From contig NC_092671.1 in the NCBI RefSeq assembly GCF_964355755.1, positions 7,564,001-7,628,000 of the forward strand: 64,000 nt of DNA, given 5' to 3'. Below are positions 19,281 to 30,030 of the stretch, one piece after another. Made by a program: the position numbers and the translations under genes. Every line of letters begins with the position of its first letter. Within the stretch, counting starts at the first letter, position 1. Under the pieces are notes generated by a model, which saw only the letters and a program-made list of their open reading frames with translations, made no database searches and was not told the DNA's origin. The stretch is from Antedon mediterranea. Taxonomy: Eukaryota > Animalia > Echinodermata.

Positions 19281-20153
19281 TGTTATGCGCGATTTGAACG
19301 ATTTGCGCAATTTGAAATTGCGCAAGGATTTTCTTGCGCAATTTAAAATTGCGCAAAAAATTTCTTGCGCAATTTGAATTGAAACATGTCTTTCAAATTG
19401 CGCAAGCAACGTATTAAATTGCGCAAGTAATCTGCAAATTGCGCAAGGTTTTTCGACAGATTGTGAAATCATGCACAGTAACACCCATATTTTTTTAGTA
19501 ATTTCTCTAAGAATGATTCAAAATTGAAGATAATATCGCATTTCCTTACCCTCCCGGGAGTCACCCTCCCGGGAGCCCGCCTCCCGGGAGCCAGCCACCC
19601 TCCCGGGAGCCTCCCCCCCCCCCCCCCCCCCGAATTTTTTTTTTCGAATAAAAAAAATCTCGAATTCCCAATGGTTCTATAAAATACCATATTCACACAT
19701 AATATGAGGAGAAGGCATAAATAAATACCAATAGATAATAATTTCAATTCAAATATCAGTACTAATGACGATTAATAAGACTAATAACGATTGGATTTTT
19801 TTTAGAAACAATAATTATTATGAATTATTAGACGTTTACTATTTAACTTAAAAATTAAATTTAATGACAAAAAAGATCGACCTTTCGGTACCATTCTCAA
19901 CAACAAATGAGTACAATAACAAAAATAACAAACAGTTCGTTTTCAAATTGCGCAAAGGTGTCATATTGCGCAAGAACTATCTTGTGCAATTTACAAATTG
20001 TGCAGCACAATTTGAAATTGCGCAAGGATTTTCTTGCGCAAGTTGATTGCGCAATTTCAATATTGCGCAAGAAAATCCTTGCGCAATTTGAAATTGCGCA
20101 ATAATTCTTTGCGCAATTTTAAATTCCGCAAATCGTTCAAATCGCGCATAACA
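19281..20153. mobile_element. Foldback-like element with long inverted arms made of TTGCGCAA repeats
   Basis: The left end TGTTATGCGCGATTTGAACGATTTGCG is the exact reverse complement of the right end CGCAAATCGTTCAAATCGCGCATAACA. Many TTGCGCAA in both arms. Central CTCCCGGGAG x4 plus a poly-C run. Confidence 0.85.
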
Positions 20154-21071
20154 CAATTATAGTTTCACCACAAATTTGAAAAAAATGTTAACCCGAATTT
20201 CAGATAAATATTTTTTTTTTTCTTAATTCAAATTGTCTATCATCAGGTAATGAGTTTTTTTTGTTGAATTAGCTTATATAATATAATAATAATTGTTATT
20301 ATTATTTTATCTTTATGTGAAATCATAATTTCTTTGAATATTTTTTTTTTACAAAAGTGAATAATTTATTATTAAAAACTGCAAAATTGCCTATTCAAAG
20401 TTTGATTTATGTTATTTGGGTACAATATAATTGTTATCTTTATGTTCAGCAAAAACAAAAAGTTTTACTTATACTATTAGTCGCGTGTGCAACGTGGCTC
20501 TACTGTACCAGCTCACTATGTTGGCGGTTGGTCGGTAAACACTAACTTGAGCACGCGACTGCAACCATGTATATGGCCTTGTTAATGTATGTACAATTAG
20601 TAGAAGAAAATTGTAGTGTGAAACACATATACAATCGGTCATGCACCACATACGTTAGTCTAGGTTCTAGACTGAGGTTCGACTTAACATTAGTAAAAAA
20701 GATAAACATTTTGGCACATATGGCGTTTCATACATATACTACCTTCAGACAAAAATCAAAATGCTGACTGATTGACAAACAAAAAATGACAAATACTAAA
20801 TAAAGATATGGTGTAAGTCTACATCTGTCTGAGTATTTAGAGCTAAAAATGACCTCACCCTTTTCACCCATGCCAGGGTACCGTGAGAAAAAGTGTTCTT
20901 TATTTATTTACATAATCCCTTCAAATATCAATTTAACAAAATAATTGTCACTTGACATGGAGTAATTTTAAATTTAATTAGCATTTAGTAGGAGAGGTTT
21001 GCCTGAGAGCATTTGGAGAAATACTGCCCTACTGTACTACAGTATATGATGATTTTGATGAACAAATTTAA

Positions 21072-21371
21072 AGGGTAGTTTCAGGTCCAAGCCCCCTTTT
21101 AAGTGGCGCCAAAGGACTTTCTCACATTTATTGACGTACAATTTACAATTTGTTTTTTTCCCCCTGATTGATTATTCTTTCGATTTATATGCTTTTTCCA
21201 TAAGAAAAAAATGTTTCCTTTTTACAATGACAGCCAATTCTGTTTTTTCTTTTAAAAAGTCATGAAGCACCACTTGTTACCGTTGATGAAGAATACAAGG
21301 GGTTATTATCAATCTTGTTGTAAAGGCTTAGATATTATTATATAACAAACATTTTAAACCTGGAGCTACCC
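21072..21371. mobile_element. Kolobok-like MITE
   Basis: TTAA|AGGGTAGTTTCAGG ... CCTGGAGCTACCC|TTAA: short imperfect TIRs with a TTAA duplication. Confidence 0.6.
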
Positions 21372-21783
21372 TTAAAGCTAAAAACATGAAAGTGGCCACA
21401 TTAGTAATTGGCTGATAAAAATTACTGCATAGGCAGCCAGGGCAACACTGTCACTTTAAAAGGTCCTTTCTGAAGTCGAAAAAAGGCATGAATATTTAAA
21501 AAAATTGAGACTTTTTTTCACATACAATCTTGCAGAGTTCAGTCTTTTAAAAATGATGTTCAATCGAGAGAAAGATATTTTTCCTTTCTGAACATCAGTA
21601 CATTTGGTATACAAGATATTGCAGGCATATTAGTACAGATATTATTACTAAACAAAAGAAGAAGAAAATTAAGTTTTCAATTTTAATTGTTGATAAATTT
21701 TGTGTAATGAATATATATATACTATACAAACTTCTAGATAATAGTAACTAATTTACATGTACATCTCTTTTATTCATAGGAAC

Positions 21784-23712
21784 ATGGCTACTTTGGTGAA
21801 AGCGGCCAAAAGTTTTGGAAAAAATGAGGATCTGGAAATGACTTGTGTTGATGAGGCGCCAACTACAAATCAATTAAATAAGCATTTTGAATCTTCTCAA
21901 GTTATTACAAGTATTGAAAGTCAGTTGCGTCAACTCGTAGAGAAGGTAACCAAGCCAGATGAGTCGGTTAACTTGTCCGTTACAAACAAGAATGGTTTCC
22001 AAGAGTTCCATTCTTCATTTGTCCGACAGAATGGGTTGGTACAAAGTGCACCACCCGCCACAAACAGTAAGCCGCAGGTATTTCCACGTATTCAGTCTGT
22101 TACATCACTAGCACCCAAAGTGCTTCAAAATTATATGATTATTAACCAGAATACACAAAATCCTCCAGTATCATCACAAACTATCCAAGGTGTTGACTAC
22201 CGGTATGTAATTCCAGCATCACAACAGACGACATTGGTAAGACCAGCTGTACCAGGGCAACAATCTATCATATTCCCTTCAAACTCTGTGATTGTACATA
22301 CAACCAAAGCCAGTGCACCTATTAAAGTATCTTATCAAAATGTAGTTGTCAACCAAGTAAAAACCACGACAACAACGGCAACAACGGCCAAAGCAAGTAC
22401 CGCTGTTGTATTATCTGCTGTACAACCTCCAAGAGCGGCTGCTGTTGTTTCTGGCACGGCAAACACTGACCTCCAAACAAACTATTTCTACAGTTCTAAA
22501 CAGGGTGATTTAACATTTTCTCAGCAGAGAGGAAGTTATCCTTTTAAATGTGGCTTAAGTACTTGTAACAGAATTCTTGAATCAAACATTGTATATATGA
22601 GTCATATTAAGGGTCACTTTGAAGTTCAGCGAGTGAAAAATAGCAATCGTTCAAAACTTGATTGTGAACATTGTTTTAAAGCTTTCCCACATTCAATAGA
22701 CCTAACCACACACAAAGAAAAGGTGCACCAGAGTAGCGCATTTAAGTGTAAGACCTGTGAATACACCTTCCCAGATAAACCATCCTTGGTAACACATCTT
22801 GGTAAAAGGCACAAGCCTCTTCAGATGCCTTATGTATGCAAGTTATGCGGATTCATGACCTCTATTTACCAGGACATTCTGAGCCACTTCGCGGTAAAAC
22901 ATGATCGTACAAAATACGTCCTCTGTCATTTGTGCTTAAAAGTTATGACTGACGTTCGAAACTTCTTTAAGCATTGTCAAATGCATTATCAATCTACAAA
23001 CCTTTCTAAAGGCCACTGCAAGATGTGTAAACTAATATTTTTAAACAGTCAAGATTTCAGAGACCACACAACAAACGACCACAAGATTCACACTCTGTCG
23101 GTGAAGATACCACCTAAAAGACAGCTACCACAGATACCAACCAGTTCGAATGAGATGTCTGCTGCGAAGAGGTTGAAAACAATACAGGCCAGCTCTTCAA
23201 ACACACAGCCAACGACACTTTCCTTTTCAAAATGCTTTACGGATTTCAAACATCCTCTGCGTTGTTGCGAGTGCGGAGCTCGTGCCAACATTCAGAATCA
23301 TTTTCGCACACAAGTTCTTAAGTGTAAACAATGCCGTTATCAGACGTATTGCCAAAGATCGTATGGCTCGCATAGTAACATATTCCATAACAGTCAACGA
23401 GACCCACCTGTTCTTCATCCGGTATCTAAAACATACAATCGTAAACTCGTAACTTTAACATGCAACCGTTGTTTTTTCACGACTCAATCTGCATCATTTA
23501 TGGCATGGCATGTGGTTATATGTCCAAAGGGTTCGTCGATTGTCGAATCATTTTGTTACAGAAAAAACCCAGCTGCCATTACTGAACCAAAAAACGTTGC
23601 CGGAAACAAGAGTGATGATCCTATTGTTATTATAGACTCTGATGATGAGGACGAAAAATCCAAAATTACCCCTACTACATCAACAAATGTTGCAGTCAAT
23701 GGTGTTCATTAA
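21784..23712 (+). CDS. POGZ/ZNF280-like multi-C2H2 zinc-finger protein (642 aa), no pogo transposase domain
   Basis: Long ORF; likely ATG at 21784 (aacATGg) just after a splice acceptor. Motifs match the POGZ/ZNF280 zinc-finger core: DLEMTCVDE (cf. DLFMECEEE), CNRILESNIVYMSHIKGH (cf. LKNNIRFMNHMKHH), HKPLQMPYVCKLC (cf. HKPGEMPYVCQVC) and CKQCRYQTYCQRSYGSH (cf. CSLCRYSTCCSRAYANH). Confidence 0.88.
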   Translation: MATLVKAAKSFGKNEDLEMTCVDEAPTTNQLNKHFESSQVITSIESQLRQLVEKVTKPDESVNLSVTNKNGFQEFHSSFVRQNGLVQSAPPATNSKPQVFPRIQSVTSLAPKVLQNYMIINQNTQNPPVSSQTIQGVDYRYVIPASQQTTLVRPAVPGQQSIIFPSNSVIVHTTKASAPIKVSYQNVVVNQVKTTTTTATTAKASTAVVLSAVQPPRAAAVVSGTANTDLQTNYFYSSKQGDLTFSQQRGSYPFKCGLSTCNRILESNIVYMSHIKGHFEVQRVKNSNRSKLDCEHCFKAFPHSIDLTTHKEKVHQSSAFKCKTCEYTFPDKPSLVTHLGKRHKPLQMPYVCKLCGFMTSIYQDILSHFAVKHDRTKYVLCHLCLKVMTDVRNFFKHCQMHYQSTNLSKGHCKMCKLIFLNSQDFRDHTTNDHKIHTLSVKIPPKRQLPQIPTSSNEMSAAKRLKTIQASSSNTQPTTLSFSKCFTDFKHPLRCCECGARANIQNHFRTQVLKCKQCRYQTYCQRSYGSHSNIFHNSQRDPPVLHPVSKTYNRKLVTLTCNRCFFTTQSASFMAWHVVICPKGSSIVESFCYRKNPAAITEPKNVAGNKSDDPIVIIDSDDEDEKSKITPTTSTNVAVNGVH

Positions 23713-24207
23713 GTTGAAAATAACAATGATCCTGCCCCCGCAATCCACCCACCCTTGTGTGTATTTATTAATATATTACTGACTCATGCTCTTGTTTCAA
23801 GGATTTAGGCATCTATGATGCAATGGAACATTTTTTTTTGCCAGGGCTTCCATCAATGGAAACATTTACCCATTAACCTGATTCTAGACAAATTATTTTT
23901 TGTTCATTGAATTAAAACAGTAGTGGTAACTATAGAGAAATTGGCTGCTACAAACAAAAGTATATTAAAATATGTATAATGTATGTGCTCCCGTTTGTCT
24001 AATTACAATATTTATATAGCTACAGAGAAATTGTCTGCAATGAGAAAAAGGGGAAACCTTCACTATATAATGATGTGTACTGATAGATAACATTTTTGTA
24101 ATACTTATACAAATAATATTGTAGTTCTTTTAGAAAATTAGCTAGCCAGTATTTTACTAATAATAATAGAATACAAATTGCTTGTTATAAATAGATTAGA
24201 TTACTTA

Positions 24208-24334
24208 AGCTATGTCTACACTATCAAACTTTATGTGACAAAAAAATGTGATGTGGACATGATGATGTCATATCTACCTTATTTGGGCACATCACACTTT
24301 GTTATCAAACTAGTTTGATAGTGTAGACAGAGCT
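24208..24334. mobile_element. MITE family A copy (TTA...TTA flanks)
   Basis: Both TIRs present; matching 3-bp TTA duplication. Confidence 0.8.
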
Positions 24335-25789
24335 TTAAAATTATTATGATTGACTAAAAAAAGTAAATTAGAGGTAGTGATATAGATATATAATACATAC
24401 TGCTATCGTATTCCATTTCTTGTGGAGTATGTAATTGTGAAAATATAGAAATAATTTACACTAAGCAATATATTAACAGTCCAGGGACAAGCATTTGCTA
24501 CTTGTGTCTGGAATAATTGCATAATCTGCAGCAACAATAAGTACAGAATGTTTTTTAACATTTGAACACCATTTTATGAGATTGATACCAACCTTAATTA
24601 AAAAGTAATAACACTTGGATAGATTGATTAAAATATTTAGTGGAATTTGTTTATTTTTGGAAACTTTCTTGGGTGTAAATATTTTTAATCATGTTCCCTT
24701 TTAGTGTGCACTTGCCAAGTACTTGTAAGTAACAAAGTACAGTACAGTATCCCCTTAATATGGATGTCCACGGAATAACGGCTGGCTGTAGTTAAAAAAA
24801 AATATGATTGTCCCTCTTTCGTTTCATTGAAAAGTGCTCCTTAATAGAAATTGGCTGTAGTATTAAAACATACGTTACCCATTACTCATTTCATGGAAAA
24901 GTGTCCCCTTAATAGGGGGTGTCCCAAAATGTATTTTGTGTATCTGAGGTTGTTGTACTTAAGGTGATCATTTACTGATTTAGATAGGTTATAAGCATGC
25001 TATTCATACAATGCTTTATTGCTGTGTAAGCAATACATCAAGATGACAGAGACCAAATAAAGTAGAATAACCCCTATAAGGGGATACATTCAGGACTCGA
25101 AATGATGTCCAAATAATAGGGGTGTCCCTTTAATAGTGGTTGGCCATAATGTAGTGCATTTCACAGAAAAGTGGTCTCCAGAATAGGGGTGTCCCAAATA
25201 AGGAGTTCTACTGTATAATATAAAGCAGCTACCGAAAATGTTTAGGATATACAGTTCAGTAGTATGCATGATACAGATAATAGCCAATGAATTTGTGTGT
25301 ATATGTATATGCAAAACAGTTTTAAAAAAAAGTAAAAATATTTGTAAAAAGTACAATAATTGTATGTACTGTATATATAATGAAATGAAGAAAAAAAAAA
25401 GTTTCTTCAAATAAAAATACTGCACCATAAAGTTTTAAATTTAGTTAAAGTTCAATTTTTTCTTTCTTGTGATATTAATCCAATATAGTAATATTAAATA
25501 ACTAAAAATTAAATAAAATAATTTTAGTATTTAAAAACTCCAAATACAAATTGTGTGGTATTTACTAAAGGAAAGTCATTTATTTATTTTAAGAAATTGT
25601 TTTTGTTTGAGTTTGATAGGTGTATAAAGAAAATGTTTTTTCCCCAAAAATGGTGCTGAAGCTTATTCATATATAATCCCATCACATTTAAAGGTAGTAT
25701 TATTTTACAATACAGAATTTGAGTATCGCTCCTGAACAATAGAAACAGGCACACATTAACCATACAATAGTTGGCTTTGTAAACATTAA

Positions 25790-25892
25790 AGCTCTATCTA
25801 CACTATCAAACTAGTTCGTTTGTGATGTGCCCAAATTTGGTAGTAATATGACATTTTTCTGTTGCATAAAGTTTGATAGTGTAGACAGAGCT
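25790..25892. mobile_element. MITE family A copy (TAA...TAA flanks)
   Basis: Both TIRs present; matching 3-bp TAA duplication. Confidence 0.8.
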
Positions 25893-26821
25893 TAACATAA
25901 GATAAGATACTGTATGACTATGCTATGCAACGCTATAGTATAATTTATGTTCTGTATTAATACAGTAAATAATTGGCAACAGCTCTCCCCAAACATTTAG
26001 AATTTTCTAATAATCCTTTTTTCACTGTAAATAATAGGAATCTTTCACTGTAAATAATTATACGGTAACATTAGGAGTGGGGTCATGTTAAAAAGTGATC
26101 AGATTGAAAGCTGTCCAAGCATTGTAACTGGTGGCTGTGGCCAACGAAGCTCCCTTCGTGAATCTCATATAAGCTGTTGACCACTAAACTGTACTAGTGT
26201 AGGACATTTTCTGTGTGTCTATTAATAGACTTAAATCATTTTGCTGATACAATAATTTATTCTATAACACATGTTATTGGAAAAGCAATTCTTTAAGAAA
26301 AACAACAAACAATACTGTATTTTCCAATAGGTATGAAATATTTATTTGCCAATTTAGCAAAAATAGATAATGTAATCATTAAGTTGTATAAAAACATGAA
26401 ACAAAAAAAAACTAGTACCATACATATTATTTACAAGAGAAACATTTTTTACAACAAAGAATACAATATAAATCAAAAGAACAGTATAAGTATGTCACAA
26501 TTATTAAGAGGACAGGGACACTTCTTCAATTCAGAGTTTATTATTTGTCTTGTTTTTAATCCGATGGAATTACTAGCCATTGTTTTATCCAGAGTGAGAG
26601 ACTATTTCAAAGACTCTGCAAAGATCAATATAATAGGTGTGATCATTAACTTCTAACCAGTCTCAAAATGTAAATTTGTACAGTCATTTCTAGTATTGTA
26701 AGCTACTACATGTGTATTCTGAATAGATAAAAATAATTTTAAGTGTGTAAATTAAACAATGACATGTCTCTTCTTAGCACCTGCTATGTATTGTTTCCTT
26801 GCTTTGTTCATCTTTGTCTCT

Positions 26822-29017
26822 TCATGTATCTCCGGTCATTATACTTAGAAATTCTTCCGAATTTACTGTAATAAACAAGGAAACTATTAATATCTGCACT
26901 AATACAAGTCTCAGTTTTTGTTATGAACAGCTTTGTTGAAGGCAAAGCAAAGATGTCTGTCATGGATGTGCCATAAGCTCTCCCATTTATGGGCAGATCC
27001 AGGAGTGGAGAATGAAGTACAGACCCCTACATTTTACAAGGTATCCATTTTAAGAGGTGGTGATAAATTAAGAGGTACTGTGATAATAATAACACTACTA
27101 CTTTTTATATTGTATAAACCAGTGAAGTTTGGCTGATTTGCACCTGTTCTGGCACGTTTTCATGACGCTTCACGTGACTATGCACCAATTGGTATGCGTA
27201 TAGCGATGTGAAAACTGAACATTAAAGTTTAATTTGCTGGCACTGGACCAGGTGTGAAAGGCCCTTTAAGCAGACTTAAATTTTGTTTGAGATGTTTTTT
27301 TTTAAACGCTATGCGAATATCTACATCACCTCCCCTTTTTTTTAACCCTTCCTCTCCAACAAAATTTCCACCAGCTATTGCATTCACGTTGTTGTGTTGG
27401 TGAACTTGATATTAAGGCTTTTTAAGAATTTTCCTCTTACTTTCACCGTCGCCATCTTTATCAAACTCGTCGATCATTGCACGTAGCTCCTCGTCTGTCA
27501 TGTTCTCGCCAAGTTCTCGAGCAACTCTGCGCAAGTTACGCAGACTTATTTTTCCTGAATCATCGTCATCAAACAATTTAAAAGCTTTCAGAATCTCTTC
27601 TTGCGGATCTCTTTCCAGAATCCAGTCCGTCACTATAAAAAAAAATGTTTAATTAAGTACAAATGTAGAGCCTTGGATAAGAGAACAAGAAACTGCAAAA
27701 AAATGTTTGGTATTTATACTGTAACTTACTGACTTCGTTGAAATCTTTAAATGATATTTTTCCAGTATTTTCCCTATCATAATCTCTTAAAACCTTCAAC
27801 ACATCTGCTTTTTTCACTTCAAAGCCCAGTGCCTTCATTGCTACCTAACAAAAACAATTATTTACAACAACATTATTTGTACTATCTATTTCTATATATA
27901 AATAAAACAATTTTTCGCAAATTATGAGCCGCAACATTTTGTTGAGGTGCCTTTATTTTAACATGGTTTTATCTTGCTGAAAATGTTGGTAAACATATCA
28001 AACGCAATTGATATGTGCGGCTAAAGTTTCGTCACGATGTACTATCCTGTGTTAACTGTGATGCGACACAGTGAAATGTGGACGTTATTTAATTATTATT
28101 ATTATATTTAATCTTCATGTTGTATTTTTTTTTGGGTCCCTATTGATCAGCTTTGGCTAGATGGACCAAACAAATAATCAAGGGGAAACCACAGGCAAAC
28201 ATAGGTGAGGTATTATGTCTACGTTGGTCCAGCTGGGCCGTTTCCTGGTTTTGGGAACAGGATTTTAGGCCGCGAAATAAAAAGTTTGCGGAGCTCTGAC
28301 ATAAAGATGGGTGGTGAATTAAAATTAGGTCCAAGTTAAGTTTGAAACTTTGAATTGCCTTAAGTTCATGATAATCAATTGCTCCATCGTAGTCTGTGTC
28401 AAATAATTCAAAGGCTTCTTTAATTTCCTGTTTTTGCTCATCAGCTATTTCTCGTCTCTTTCGTCTTCTTCCTTTGTCTAAATTAAATTCTGATCTAAAT
28501 ATAGTAAAAAAGATACAAAAAAATCATTATATTATTTACTTAAACAATCAATACAATATGAAATATCGGCTAATCTACCTAACTAAATAAGTAATTAGGC
28601 CTACTACTAGGCTGGAATAATGCATGGCCTAATAAATAATAGTAATAATAAGCTATACTAGGCCTAGTACTAGGCCCCACCAGGGCCTAGAAAAAGTAAG
28701 GTCAAGAAGGAGTAATAAAGTAGTCTCTAGCTAGGCCTAAGCCTGGACTTATACAGAAAAGTATGAGTAGCCTAGGTTTAGCCTATTTCAATCCCATTTA
28801 GCATGGCATTTCTGGCCTAGGCCTAGAGTGAATCCGGGACGATTCATCCCAGGTTTGGTGGTGGGTTCAACCTTCCAAGCAAGCCAGCTCTCTCATCTCA
28901 TATTGCTGACAGAAAGATAGGGCCTCTATAAGCTAGGCCTACGCCTAGCATAACTCTAGGACCTTATGCTATGCACATGCGTTTTTATAAAAATAAATAC
29001 CTCAAAGATAGACTCAT
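26822..29017 (-). CDS. CETN3: Centrin-3 (EF-hand protein), complete, 167 aa
   Basis: Exons 29017-29001 (MSLSLR), 28494-28359, 27844-27730, 27632-27441 and 26865-26822 ([14 protein letters not shown]) total 504 nt. The sequence [43 protein letters not shown] is diagnostic of centrin-3/Cdc31. Intron 2 has a GC donor. Confidence 0.96.
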
Positions 29018-30030
29018 TATAACTAGTAGTACAATAATTTAAGACTTTTAAGCTGCTTTTCTTGGTAATCTTTTCTCCAAATAAAAAATTATTACCGCGT
29101 ATACTTTGTTTATTTTGAAATTGAAACTTATATAGCGCCACCACACAACTGTATAACCCCTGGATTGAAAGTTACGGAGGTATATAGATAACACTGGTAA
29201 TAATGTTATTATTATTATTATTATTATTATTTATTGCCAAAAACCAGTTACAAACATACAAAAACACAGAAACTAAGGGAGTAGGCATGAACCTAAAAGT
29301 GAACCTAATCCCTATAACAAGAGTTCAGGTTCCGTACTCCCAAAGTAACAACAATGATATATAATAAACTATAAAAAAATATTTAAATAAAAAATAGACG
29401 AATCAACAGCGTCAAATAAAATAAAAGGATAAAATACATTATAGTCGATTCAACAAAGTCAATATAAAACATGTGATTTTTTTACTGTATAACTTTTCCA
29501 GAATATAATATATATAATTGTTATTTATATGAGAAGTGTCGAATTCTATAAAACTATCTTTTAAATAGAAACTGTATAGAAATACAATTTATCTAGGGCG
29601 ACTCTCGAAGCCTACGTAGTTATGTGTTTTTTTTTTATTGTATGAGACAAACCGAAGTGAGATATAACTACTGTTATGAATGGCTGATGTCTTCCTATAG
29701 CCAAGCCAATATTTCTAAGATTTGTAGGAGTTAGATGTGTTTTTAGTGAATAACATTCACATCAGTAACATAGTTTGTTATATATAAGCTGAAAAAAATC
29801 TACTTATAAAAAGAAATTAGTTCAAGTAACGATAAAATTGCGGTGAACTATTCTATTCTGGATGTTGACATATTCCAATTGGACCAATAGTATCGCTTGT
29901 TTACCTACTCTGGGTCGAATGTTTATTAAAATACAGAGAGCCATGTTTATGTGAGTTGTTTTTGTGAGTCGCGGCGGAAGGAGGACTCCAATAAATTCTC
30001 CTCTTCCAAGTCTCATTTCGACTTTTAAAC
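29018..30030. promoter_or_regulatory. Probable bidirectional promoter region between CETN3 (-) and FBXL2/20 (+)
   Basis: The start codons diverge ~1 kb apart (29017 and 30031). CpG-containing patches near 29095-29145 and 29960-30240. Confidence 0.5.

Noticed and set aside
19197-20104. ORFs rich in CAI/LRK/AQF and a Gly run
   Set aside because: They are artefacts of the TTGCGCAA foldback repeat and poly-C tract.
21757-21783. Upstream ATG given in the ORF track (MYISFIHRN)
   Set aside because: It overlaps a polypyrimidine tract and AG acceptor, so it is intronic; ATG 21784 has a good context.
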